From NCBI GenBank assembly GCA_003990765.1, contig RBNJ01000207.1, forward strand, positions 1 to 36,673: DNA of 36,673 nt. The letters run 5' to 3'. How positions within the stretch are numbered: the stretch's first letter is position 1; each line of letters opens with the position of its first letter. Made by a program: the position numbers and the translations under genes. The notes beneath the pieces were generated by a model. The model was not told where the DNA came from. It did no database searches and was given only the letters and a program-made list of their open reading frames with translations. Positions 1-11,607 of the stretch are shown here, piece after piece. Origin of the DNA: Jimgerdemannia flammicorona (lineage: Eukaryota).

Positions 1-17
1 AAAAAAAAAAAAAAAAA
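1..17 (+). repeat. Poly(A) run at window edge, possibly the tail of an upstream non-LTR element
   Basis: 17 consecutive A; the upstream context lies outside the window. Confidence 0.4.
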
Positions 18-821
18 GGAAGTTCAAGAAACTAAGACCAGCTTAGTTGAATTGGCATATTGCTGCAGACAATACCCAATTAGGAATTTTCATAACAGGG
101 TTAAGAGTGGGACCTAATGGGGAGTAGATTTACTTAAGAGTAGTTTATGGGTTATTAAATAGATTTATTCGCTATTTATAATATTACTATACTAGAAGTA
201 GTTATATGTATGAAAGGATATTGAGGAAAAGTGTTCAGGAATGTTCTTGTATATTCAAGTTTTTAAGTCTGTAATTCTGAGGTCTGGGGGAGGGGGTATT
301 TATACTAGTGAGGGGCTATGTAAGAGGGTTGCTTTTTAGGGTAACTGTTACATAGTTCTGGAAAGGTTTTCTAGATATTCTGGATATTCTGGAAGACCGT
401 TTTCTTATGGTTAAGATCAATTTCATATGGAGTATATCCTCTACACTTATTGATTTCAAGTTCGGGTTGACGTCTCAACCAAAGTCCTTTTTTGGACTAG
501 TTCTGGGTATTCAGGATTTTCCATATTTCAGGAAGTTCAAGAAACTAAGACCAGTTTAGTTGAATTGGCATATTGCTGCAGACAATACTCAATTAGAAAA
601 TTTCATAATGGGGTTAGGAGTGAGATCTAACAGGGAGCAGATTTACTTAAGGGTGGTTTGTGGGTTATTTAAATAGGTTTATTTGCTATTTATGATATTG
701 CTATACTAGGAGTAGTTGTGTGAAGAGATATTGTAGGGAAGTGTTCAGAAATGTTCTTGTGTGTTCAAGTCTGAGATTCTGAGGTCTGGGGGAGGGGGTA
801 TTTATACTAGTGAGGAACTAT
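18..821. repeat. Direct repeat of about 300 bp (18-319 and 531-821), the TATA/R-U5 part of the family 1 LTR
   Basis: Both copies start GGAAGTTCAAGAAACTAAGACCAG and end near GGGGTATTTATACTAGTGAGG; differences are mainly transitions. Confidence 0.9.
293..304 (-). promoter_or_regulatory. LTR TATA box (second copy at 795-806)
   Basis: Minus-strand TATAAATACCCC; the same motif occurs in the family 2 LTR near 28017-28028. Confidence 0.55.
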
Positions 822-2033
822 CTGGACTATGCTGAATATGGATATAGTACTAAGTGCCTTGCTGAGTTGGAATGTAATCACATAGTACAAGTGTGATCTG
901 ATATGTCAAGAGATCATCTGACTGCTGAGTTAGTTCACAGTCATATCATATAAGGCTAATCTAACTATACTATGACTGTTAGGCTATTTATAGGTTTAGG
1001 CACTATCTGGGTAGTCTTCAATGATATCACCATTGATGACATCATCACTGGCAAAGTCTGAGCAGTTTTCTGACTTCTGATATCATCAGTTTCAAAGGTA
1101 TCATTACTTCTATCTCTTGCAAGATTAAGGCTGTCCTTGGTGGTGGTAGTTGTACAAGGATAACAGGTCTTGGTTCTCTTTTTTTTTTGGTCTGCTGGTG
1201 CATTTGCAAGGACTGGCCATTCTCATCTAGGGCGAGGGCTCCCAATGTCGCTGCTGGGGGTTCAAACCTCTTGGAAATAATATTTTCTGTAATCCAAGGC
1301 AATTTCTAGTAGTAATATCTATCATGTGGATGGCTTGAGATTGGTTTCGATGTTGTCGGCTTTCTTGAGTTCAGATGAAGTGTCCATCACTCTCCAACAG
1401 AGGTGACATAGATAGAGTAAACAGAGTTGTTCAAATGTGTTTTGCTTCTGCTAAGTAATGAGGTCTTGTATAGTCACAGTGTATCTTGGTCTTGAGTTGA
1501 TAAGTACAGTTCATGAACCTTTTGGTAGATGAGATAGGGTTCTTCTTATCTCAATTTGAGTTTGGTACTTTCGGTTTCCTTTTGTAATAGTATAATACAC
1601 CAAACTAGTTATAGCAGTTCAGAGTCAGTCTTATGGTTGTAGTACTTCTTCTAGTATTCTTATATCTTGGCAGTAGGTTCTCGTGCTTGCTGGCATATTT
1701 CGTATAACCAGATGATCTCTTGTTTTGTAGTCTTGCATGTGGTTTCCAAATTAGTTCTGAGGATGCCATGTGATTTTGGTGGCTTGGAGATTGTACACTT
1801 ACAGGCTATCTGGACTATGCTGAATATGGTATAGTACTTAGTGCCTTACTGAGATAGAATACAGTCATGTAATACAAGTGTAATCTGATATATCAAGAGC
1901 TCATCTGACTGCTGAGTCAGTTTACAGTCACATTATATAAGGCTAATCTAACTATACTATGACTGCTAAGCTATCTATAGATTTAGATACTATCTGGATA
2001 GTCTTCAATGATATCACTATTGATGACATCATC
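818..2033. repeat. Direct repeat of about 229 bp (818-1046 and 1806-2033)
   Basis: CTATCTGGACTATGCTGAATATGG...GATGACATCATC present twice; contains the 3' end and stop of the LTR ORF. Confidence 0.9.
1490..1770 (-). pseudogene. Gypsy integrase C-terminal (GPY/F region) remnant
   Basis: Manual translation ...KKYYNHK...IILLQKETESTKLKLR*EEPYLI parallels KVLLY...KLEPKWEGLFYV in the element near 22600. Confidence 0.55.
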
Positions 2034-3215
2034 TCTGGTGAAGTAGTCATCTAGAAAGAGTTGTTCATGGATTAATTCTCCCTATTTGCTAAAGTAATAA
2101 TACATTGGGACTTCATCACTGTCCCACAAGATAGCATCATCTGTCTCATATGCTGGGTATGGAGTTGGTAGATGAAGGAGGGGTATATTATCTTTGTTTT
2201 CATTAGATTTGCTGTCTATGTACCTTCTATAAGTTACAGCACTATGAGTCATAGAGTTGTAGTAAGCTGGTAGCTGTGGTTCATATTGCTCATACTCAGG
2301 TGGTGGAGTGGTTGGTTCAATCTCAAGGGTTGTCTGAAGGTACAGGTTATATTCTCCTATCTCTTTATTATAGTTGAAGTAATCAGGGGTGAATATGAGT
2401 TAGTATTCATACCAGTAGTTATTGTCCCAATAGGTCTCATAGGTGGTTATGAACTGTTGTAAGTTCATTGACAAGATTGGCAGAGTGATCAGGGTTGGCA
2501 GGGATCCTTAGCTCACAGTCATATTGGCATCAGAGAGATCATTGTCTTCTGCTTCATCTTTGTCAAATCAGATTATATTATAGACATCCTTTATCATGTA
2601 TCTAACTTGAGGCATTTGCAGAATATAGTTATTGGAGTGTAGAAAGATTCTATCTGTAGTCTGAACATACTCAAGGTACTTATGGTTGAGTTCTTATATT
2701 ATGTTGTTGATTTGACCATAGGACAGAGTAGCAATCATTTTACTGATAGTAACTTGGAGATAGGGAATAACAGTGCTATACTCATAAAAGAGTTCTCAGT
2801 GTTTGCAGACAATAAGTTTCTGATGTTGAGACATCAGAGTAATATCTATGTTATGATAGTATTCAACCATATCTTCTAGGAGGCAGCTGATCTGATAGTA
2901 GCTTGAGATTTGTCTGATTTGGTGGACCTCACTAAGTATATTCAGGGCATTCCATTGGGCTTTCACAAAGTAGAGGGGTGCTAGACTGTGTATATTCATA
3001 AGGGGCAGAGGGGGTGTAGCTCAGTTGATAATGGTATTCCAAATGTCAGCATGGATACAGTTGTAGATCTCAGTAGTCATATTTGTGTATATTCAGAAGT
3101 TGATATTATATATTTAGTTTGTTTTGGTTCTTCATTTGATATGTCTCAGTGCTCAGTATATATGCATTTGGTCCTGATTGGTAAGATTCTGTTTGTGTAA
3201 CTCTTGTGTTCCATG
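1983..3215 (-). pseudogene. LTR-internal ORF of family 1, about 410 codons, unknown protein
   Basis: One frame without indels that includes track ORF 2796-2999; internal stops all fit C>T or G>A changes; the same terminal TAA occurs in the 818-1046 copy; motifs shared with 21030-21875. Confidence 0.7.
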
Positions 3216-3375
3216 ACTTCATGTTGACTCAGCTTTGTATACTGTGACTTTGGTTTGACTCAGCTTTGTGATCATGCAGGTGATTTCCAGATTTGTTCAG
3301 AGGTTATGTGTAATTTTGGTGGCTTGTTCAGCAGGTGATATGTGGTTTCAGTGGCTTGAAGATTGTGTGCTTACA

Positions 3376-5005
3376 GACCATAGACACCAAATTGTCTCCA
3401 GAGAGCTCCAGACATCTTCACTCTAGCACTCTGCAGTTAAGATCCAGTTAATCCTCAAGCTCAACTCTATTACCCAGTGAGTATAGACCTGATAGTCCCC
3501 CCACCCAAGTCACTCTGTATTTACCAGAGAGCTCAATCTTTCAATATCCTCCCAGCCCTTGACACCCCCACTCCTTCTAGTCATCCCCCTCTCTCCATCA
3601 GTTCTGTTCAACTGCCTATCTTGAATTATATTAAAGTCTTCACCCAAACAGTCTATCTCTATCTCTATTATCACTCCAGTATCTCAGAGTTCTCTTATCT
3701 ATTTTATATATCTACTGAATAATAATAAGACTTAATAGTTAAGAGACTCCAGTCTGGTCTCTACCATACCCCACTCTACATTACTCTATCTTCCCAATGT
3801 CCAATGTCCAATGTCCCCAATATCTCCTTTGCTCTTTTTAACCAAAATGCCCACCTGGCTCTGCCAAGCAGCTGCTCTACCCCATTTTCTTATCCAGTCC
3901 AGCACATCTAAGTCTACATCATATCTAATATCCTACAGTAGAAATAGATTTACATCTAGTCTCTTTAACCAGTAGAAAATATTCCTATATCTTATTATAT
4001 CCTATAACTTATTGATATTTAAAGATAGAATTTTAGTTATACTGTTCATATTGGATAATTGTTATGGAGGAGGTTACTCACTCTATAATTCCATACTCAC
4101 TGCATCATCAGTGATATCCAGATTCCTCTCTGCCTTAAGCTCCTCAGTCTTCTCTTACTAGACATCTATGTCAAGATCTCCTGATAGTCCTCACCATCCA
4201 CAGCTTCCATGTTAGACAGGTACTCCTTACACACTATCTACCACTTTGCCAATCTCTTCCTAGAGCCCAACAGATATATTATATATTATTTACAATTTCC
4301 ATAAGTACTGCCTCTCTATTGTCATCTATCTCATACTTCTCTATCTTCAATAGCTCTACCATTAGCTCATCTCAAAGCTTCCTTACCATCTCTTTATCTT
4401 GCAGAATCTCTCTCCAGTATCACTCACTAATTATACAGAAATCAATCTTGCCCAACTCATCAGCTACAACATTTGTCAGTACCTTCTATAGTCATCTCTT
4501 CTTGCTAATGGCCTCATTGATACCAAGAGCCATCTTCTGCCCCCTAACCCTCAGGCCTTCCTCAGCATTTGTCCTTACTGACTCATCTCAGACTTTCTCC
4601 AATATATCCTATAACTCATTGAGTCTCCTCCTATCTGAGGGCACATCATACTAGATTTGCACCTCCTCTACCATCACCTCATCCTTAGTCACTGCAATCT
4701 GCCCAGAGCCTCCACCCTCCCCCAGGACTACTATAGACACCACCCCCTTCTCCCCACCCCAAACACTGGTCTGTGATCCAGTTCCTTCAGTGATATTCTC
4801 TTCTACTGCCTTCTCACCCAGCTTTGCCAACAACTCTTTCTGAAGCTGCCTCTTCTGTGCTCTCTCCTTGACCACCTAATCCAGATATACTCTCTTGCCA
4901 TTTATAATTTCTACTACTATCTTAGTCTTGAACTCCTTCTAAGTTAACTATCTCCTCTCTACTACCTCATCCAGATCTTCCAATGCCTTCAGCAAGTTCT
5001 TCTCC

Positions 5006-5056
<51 letters not shown>

Positions 5057-5988
5057 GAGTTCTTCTTCTTCTCTAGTATCTCCTTCACTCTCAAGACCTT
5101 ATACTCCACTGGCCCCCACTTAAGTACCACTAGCCAATTTCTTTCTTTCCCAGTATTCTTCTTGTCTATCAGTCTCATTCTAATATTTACATCTCTAGTC
5201 CTGAACTCTGTACTCTTCCAGACCCTAAACCCAATATCTACCACATTGTCATATTTCTTGATAACATCAACAATCAATCTCTTAGCCACCTTCTTCTTCA
5301 CTATAGGTATGTATATTTGCTATCACTAGCTACACTACCTAAGAGTCCAAGTACAGACACTAAGTCATAGGAATTACTATCTCTCTTATTACTACTCTCT
5401 TCTTCAATGCTCTCAACATCAACTCCTTCTCCTCAAAGTCTACTTCCACTCCTTTTAGATCCTTCAAGAACTTCACTAACACTGCTTTTTTTATCTTTTT
5501 GACCAAAAGCCCCAGAACTATTTTAGATGTAACTACTAAGCCCTAGAAGTAAAATGTGATAGCAAATTCAGATAACAATTTCTTGAGTAATGGTGCCACC
5601 ACCAGATCTGTTATACTATCAGCCAGGTCTCCAGACCTCAGGCCTCCTCTCAGCCCAGCCTTACCATCAGCCATCATATCTAGATTTTTTTCTAGATTAG
5701 TAGTCTCTCCTCTATTAGTAGTCCTACTCTTTCTAGCTCCTACTTCTCCAGCCCTACTGCTACCACCACTATGAGCCCTCCCACTAGGTTCTGCAGCCCC
5801 CTCTTTCTCCTTGCCCTTTTGCAGTTACCCATCCAATCTAGTCACCAGATACTCCACCTTGATCTTATTAGCAAAGTTCATCCTCTCAGGCTCCTATTGA
5901 CTAGACCTGTCTCAACCATCTTCTCATCTACCAGAGAGAGTGCCCAATAGACTTTCTCCCAATCTATAACTCCTCTCTATATGCTGCC
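3376..5988 (-). mobile_element. Old L1/Tx1-like LINE (copy C): ORF1 and endonuclease part of ORF2, decayed
   Basis: ORF1 pieces (DIGFRVWKSTEFRTRDV, KWGPVE, SMEL* at 4083) match ORF1 of the copies at 29-33 kb; ORF2 starts MNSITKILSLNINKL at 4049 and is cut at WCLWS (just before DH) by the LTR at 3375. Confidence 0.9.
4995..5073 (-). mobile_element. Minimal retroposed insert CTGTT(A)42 with 16-bp TSD
   Basis: T run 5011-5052 plus AACAG, flanked by AGTTCTTCTCCTTCTC (4995-5010) and AGTTCTTCTTCTTCTC (5058-5073). Confidence 0.85.
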
Positions 5989-6059
5989 TAGTGCTCCAAA
6001 CAGATGCAATTTATCCAGATGAGATTTAATTTAGATTTTTCATATGATAGATTTAAATT

Positions 6060-6147
6060 AACTTAGATTGGTCTTATGATCTGATCTAGATTGATTCAGA
6101 TTGATCCAGATTGATTCATCTGGATTGATCTATCTAGATTGATCACA
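6060..6147. repeat. Left subterminal 10-14 bp repeats of the hAT (AGATTGATCC-like)
   Basis: GATTGATTCA, GATTGATCCA, GATTGATTCA, GATTGATCTA, GATTGATCAC in series. Confidence 0.7.
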
Positions 6148-6627
6148 TAAAATCTTTGGTGACATCACTCTTTCTTTTATTCATTTTTCACTCTGTTTTT
6201 TTTTTTTCCTGCTACACTTTTGGTGATATTATCTTTTCTTTTGTTCCTTCTCTTCTTTTGTTCTTTCTTTGTTCTTTGTTCTTTGTTCTTTTTCTTTCTT
6301 GCCATATTATGAGTAAATAAAACAGTAGTCCTTAATCATATATTAGTTAGTCTACTCATTTTTTTACCCTACAATAATTATTAAAAGAGGGAGTATTCAA
6401 GGTAGAAATATACTCTCTGCTGACAATGTTAGATTCTTTCTCATATGAGTAGCACACAAGCTGTTCATTGAGAGTAATGGTGGTGGCAATAATGATGGTA
6501 GAGATGAGGGAGAATTCTAGCAATAACTCACAGTAGCCCTTTGGATCTCAGAATTTACAGACCTTATAGCTATATATGTTGCAGCCTTTTTAGAGCAGTC
6601 AATAGTAGATATAGGTTGCTCTTTTCT

Positions 6628-6762
6628 GCTACTATTTATTTAAATTCCTCCCAGTATAACCCAATTCACCTCATGCTCTTCTTAGAGTCTACAGCTTGCT
6701 ACTTGTTTAAATTCCCTCAGTATAACCCAATTCACCTCATGCTTTTCTTAGAGTCTACAGCT
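6628..6762. repeat. Tandem duplication with a period of about 66 bp
   Basis: CAGTATAACCCAATTCACCTCATGCT...TTAGAGTCTACAGCT at 6652 and 6718. Confidence 0.9.
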
Positions 6763-7157
6763 CTATAGCAAGATTTGCTGACTTTATTCACAACATCTGA
6801 TCAAGATAAAGAAAGGCTGGAGGACATTGCAGGGCATGCATTTTGTGGCTAAGCTGTTGAGTTAATATATTATATAGTAGAGATCTCAAAAAGAACAAAA
6901 GTAAGCCTTTATGAGCAATCTTGTGTAACTCATTAGTATATAACTCATTGGTATACAACTCACTCACATATGCTCTTTTCTGAAAATACCTGTCTCTGTG
7001 TTTTATTTAACTTTATTTTTATGTGGTCTCTCTTAAAAACTCCTATATAATATCTATATATAACCTGTCTGCATGCAACCTGTCTGCACACAACTTAGCT
7101 CTTCAGATCAGGGCTCAGTTTTATTGGAAGAGAGAATTCAAAGTTACCCAAGTTTGA

Positions 7158-7760
7158 CCACATCCAGTATCTGATCAAATAGAGAAGTTTGAGGGCAAGA
7201 TATTCAATATAAGTAGTACTAATATCACTATCAAGGCTTGGGGGTCTATATTTGAATTAGAGCTAATCATTCTTGACCAAGGGGTCTATTGGCCAGCAGG
7301 AGTATTCAATAACAAAGAGAATCATATCATTATTAATAATTATAGAGAGGTGGTTGCAATAGTAGTAAGGAACCTCTATAGTGATGAGCTTTACTACTAC
7401 ATCAACAAGATTTATAAGAATTGTATCAAATACTAGATGACAGAAAAGAGAGAGTGAAAAAAGCAAGAAGGGAAGTTTTGGACAGGAATTAGATATATGT
7501 ACCATAATACTGGTAAAGGATGGGTTCTGGAGTTTTGAAATTTCCTATACTCATCTCTCTTTTTTTTTTAATTTTAATTCCTCTCCAGATAATCAATCTC
7601 TCACTGATATACTCTTTTTGATACAATTCTAGAGATGTATAAGATTCTGTACCTCTACCAGAACTTTAGAAGTGCCATCAAAGAGCAAACTGTATACAAG
7701 CATAACATAGCCTATGCAGTAATGGTAGCTATGATCTGAGGTTTTTTGAGCAGATTGGTA
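7158..7760 (+). pseudogene. Decayed spliced gene of unknown function inside the hAT
   Basis: About 90 open codons (PHPVSDQIEKFEGKIF...YINKIYKNCIKY); GT...pyrimidine tract...CAG intron at 7513-7588 after which a mostly open frame continues. Confidence 0.4.
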
Positions 7761-8104
7761 GTATACATATGTATATAGCAGACTAGCTTAATAGTAATCT
7801 CAGTACAGCTATATATACATTCTTGGTACAATTTAGCATGCCATATGAGGTGAGGAGCTCTGCTTTTTTGGGTGTAGTCTAGAGTTTCTACCTCTCTGTA
7901 TACAAAAAGGACTGACCAGATACCATCTGTTTTGGACAGATTTCTAAGCCAGAGCTCCTGGGGCTCGATGAAGAGTAGATATCCTCTAGCACTACCTGGG
8001 GTTCACCTAACTGAGCAGAACCAATTTGTGATAATTATAAGGCAGGAAGTAATATAGTAGAAGAACAGTAGGCAGTCAATTATGATAGTGAGGAAAACTT
8101 AAAC

Positions 8105-10938
8105 ATTTGGCAGATACCTATTGGTGGGATATGGGAGATATAGCTGGGAGAGAGCAGAAGGATAAAGAGAAGAGAGTTGAGCAAGAGCTCCATTAGTAGC
8201 TAAGGTTACTAGAAGGGGAGAAATTTTCAAGAGAATAATACTCCCAGTTGGTCAAGAAGGTAGCTGAGTTGAAGTTGAATTTGAAGGCAGTGAAAGATAG
8301 AGTGGTAGATGGACTATTAGTAAGATTGCAGGCAAGGTGATTAGAAGAAGGAGAGCAGTCTACTAAATATTTATCAGGAGTCTTGAGAGCTAGAAGAGTG
8401 CAGCACAGCTGGGATTCAGTGTTGTGAGAGAATAGAGTTGAGGTTACTGATATTGCCAATATGTTTAGAGAGATCTCTGGTCAATGGCATACTCTCTGGC
8501 AGAATGAAGGAGGGCTGGTGGGGAGAGAGGCTTTACAGAAGGCTAATGACAATTTGGTTAGCAGCTGGTCAGTAGCAGTAGTGCCTGAGATAGGTGGGGC
8601 AGTGATAGGTGCAGTGGCCCTTGAAGAGGTGTTGGAGGTTCTGAGGGAGATACAGGCTGGTTTGTTGCTGGGAGAGGATAGACTACCTTGGGAGTTCTGG
8701 AAGGAATTCCAGGTTGAGTTTGGGGGATGGCTTGTTGAAATGGTGAACTTTGTGTTGAGTGAAGACTGCTGGATTGACAATGGCTCCTTAGGGTTGATCT
8801 CTCTGCTATACAAGAAGAAAGGAGACTGATGTGTGTAAAGGAACTGGTGGCCCATCATGCTACTAAATGTGGATAGAAGTTGTGTCCAAGATTTTGGCAG
8901 GGAGGATACAGTGGTGGATTGGCCAATTGGTGGGTGAGGATCAGCAAGAGTTTGTGAAGGAGAGGCAGATTTGAGACAGTATAGCCTGAGTGCAAAATGT
9001 TTTGGAAGGATGTAGAAGCCAGCAAGTAGATGGGAGGATGGTGTTCCTGGATCAAGAAAAGGTATATGATAGGGTACAGTAGAACTATTTAGAGGTGGTA
9101 CTATAGAAGGTAGGGTTCAGTATGGTAGAGGCTTAAAAATTGATGGGCCTAGTACAAAGCAGCTGAGCAGTAGTGCTAATGATTGAGTAGTGTGGCCCAG
9201 AGTTTGTTTTGGAGAGAGGCATATCACAGGGAGATCCTCTTTCACCCTTGCTCTATATTTTGTCCTTGGAGCCTTTATTGATACATATAGCTGAAGGAGA
9301 GGTTGACTGGGCTGAAGATGGGAGATGTGATCTGGAAGTTGGGGGTATTTACTAATGATATAGTGGTAGGGTTAGACTGTATAGCAGATGTAGAAAGCTT
9401 ACAGGAAGGGGTTGGACAGTATGAGAGGCTGATAGAGGCAAAGCTGAATTGGGGCAAGTGTGAGACTATGGAGCTTAGAGCTGGTCTGGGAGAGAATGGA
9501 TGTTTTGGATGAATAGTAGGTACTGGAGAGACAGTTCAATATTTGGGTATCTGGTTTTCAGTATATAGTATAGTACTACCAAAGGAGTAGTGGTGTGGAA
9601 TGATACAGAAGTGAGAGAGTGCTCTAGTAGGCTGGTCAGAAAGGAGCTTCTCCTTGATTGAAAGGGTTGTAGTATTGAATATATATTGGTTACTGAAGTT
9701 GTGGTATTTGAAGTACCATTTGGACTTTCCTAGATGGATGTACAGAAACTGAAGAGAGTGATAGAAGGATAGCTGTGGTAAGGGAGGCAGCTACAGATTA
9801 GTTGGAAAATAGTAGTAATGCAGACAGTAAATAGAGGTCTGGGGCTGGTGGACTTCAGGAGGCAACTGAAGGTAATTTGGAGCTAGTGGGGTTATTGATT
9901 AGCAGAACTAAGAGTGGATGATTGGAGCAGACTGGCTATGGACAATTGGGAAGTCAGGTTCTGTCCCTATGGTGAGGCTTGGAAAGATATGTGCAGTTTG
10001 CTTCAGGTGAGAAGGGTTAGCAGATTATACTACTGGGGGTTCTGGTGGGGTATTGTGGAGACCTGGCTGGCAATGGAACTTATAGATTCAGAGCCAGATG
10101 AAGGGGAGGATCTGGAGCAGTAATGTGGTGATTAGGAGATCTGTATATTGGTAGCCACCAGTTGACAGAATACTCTCTGGCTGGGGTGATGGAATGGATC
10201 CAGACTGGTCCACTTGAGAAATGGCCAGTTAGTTGGCAGAAGGCTGGGTTTGGTGAAGATTGAGAGTGGAGTTGGGTTTGGAGTTGGGGGGCCTTCTTGC
10301 TCAAGGTGGTACCACTAAAGTTTTGGATAGTATAGTGGATATTTTTGCAAAGGAATGTAATACTGGAGTATCAGATAAGATAGATGAAGGCAGAAGGTAA
10401 AAGAGAATATGAGTAGTGTTGTGAGATGGATGGAGATATGGTGCAGATGCCAGAGCATATCTTGGCAGTATGTCCAGGAGTTGAGGGATTTTGGCTAATA
10501 TTGGAAGGTTACTGAAGCTATGAGAGTGAGTGACCAGGGGACCCCACTAGCCAGGTAGTCAAGCAGTGACTGGTGGAAGAGCCTGGGGACATCTGGGTCC
10601 TAATGGTGGTGCACTGGTAATGGGTGTTTAAGAGAGATCCTTGAATGGGTATTGGTGAATTGGTGGAGTGGTGGAGGTGGTTACTTTTGGAAGTAGTGCA
10701 AGGGTGGTGGTATCAGGAGAAGAGGCACCAGCTAGGGGCCATGAGGAAGATGCAGGACATTGTATAGAGGAGTCAGGAGCACCTAGTGCTTGATGACAGA
10801 GGGGTGCAGTGGAAAGAAGGCATGAGCTGATGGGTCTCTCTTTACATTTTGTAATTATAGTAGTCATCATATGGGAGCATATTTGTATTATAGAATTTGG
10901 TAATAAAGGAGTCCAAGTAACTATAACAAAAAAAAAAA
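8105..10938 (+). mobile_element. 5'-truncated L1/Tx1-like LINE (copy D): decayed RT, C-terminal Cys/His motif, 3' UTR and poly(A)
   Basis: GEDRLPWEFW, LISLLYKKKGD, FLDQEKVYDRV, GISQGDPLSPLLY, VFTNDIVV (FADD), GLGLVDF, EHILAVC; A11 at 10928-10938; 5' boundary approximate. Confidence 0.9.
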
Positions 10939-10984
10939 TGAGACTCAAACTGGCAATAGAGTCTGAATCTGTAGTGGACTTCGA

Positions 10985-11084
10985 CTACCAAAAGCACCCT
11001 CCAATCACCAGAAGTACCCTTTAACTACCAGAAACACCCTCTGACTGCCAGAAGTACCCTCCAACTACTAGAAGCACTCTCTGA
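10985..11084. repeat. 20-bp minisatellite, 5 copies
   Basis: Units similar to ACTACCAGAAGYACCCTCYR. Confidence 0.85.
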
Positions 11085-11119
11085 CCTAGACTTGAACTTC
11101 TTGGTGGCTTAGAGTTGCT

Positions 11120-11460
11120 TCTTTACTACTAGTGAAGAGCTATAAATTTTGCATACTCTCTCTGCCAACCCTGCCAACCTCCTGGTCCAGGTATAGGCTG
11201 CTTGGGGGTACCCCATACTACTAGCAGAGGGCCATAAATTTTGCATACTCCCCCCACCTACCCTACCTCCTCTGCCAACCCTCTCTACTCTGAATACTTG
11301 TGGCTTAGGGCTACCCCTTGCTGCTGGCAGAGGGCCACAAATTTTGCATACTCTCTCTATTAACTCTGCCCACTGACCCAGGCACTGATAGCTTGGGGCT
11401 GCCCCTTGCTGCTTGTAGAGGGCTGCAAATTTGGCATACTCTCTCTGCTGCTACCAATCC
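11120..11460. repeat. Degenerate tandem repeat of about 90-100 bp, 4 copies
   Basis: Core (CCCCTTGCTGCTGGCAGAGGGCCAC)AAATTTTGCATACTC recurs near 11144, 11236, 11339 and 11427. Confidence 0.8.
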
Positions 11461-11607
11461 TGCTGATTACTGCCCTACTCAGGCTGTAAACTCTGGACTG
11501 AGTTCTCAGTTTTTTTTTCCTTTTTATTTTAAATTATTAAATAATCCACAAGACTAATTAACTTATCTGTGAACCCCAAGACCTGCTAAATTTTAGTGGC
11601 CTATGCT

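Larger units (their letters stand above)
18..3375 (-). mobile_element. Rearranged LTR-retrotransposon remnant (family 1): LTR pieces, LTR-internal ORF and integrase C-terminal fragment
   Basis: Minus-strand LTR start TGTAAG at 3375 and again at 1803 with about 30 bp shared; TATAAATACCCC boxes; direct repeats 18-319/531-821 and 818-1046/1806-2033; abuts an interrupted LINE at 3376. Confidence 0.7.

Noticed and set aside
4948..5301. Poly-lysine protein
   Set aside because: LINE ORF1 fragment reading through the retroposed poly(A) insert
7570..7750. Ulp1/C48 protease remnant (IP..HW..DS..Q...D.G-like pieces)
   Set aside because: The pieces fall in different frames and partly within a likely intron
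8095..10950. TSD for LINE copy D (AAAACTTAAAC vs GAGACTCAAAC)
   Set aside because: Three mismatches in 11 bp; all are transitions, but the match is too weak to call
11120..11460. CRISPR-like repeat-spacer array
   Set aside because: The spacers resemble each other, the repeats are degenerate, the context is eukaryotic and there are no cas genes
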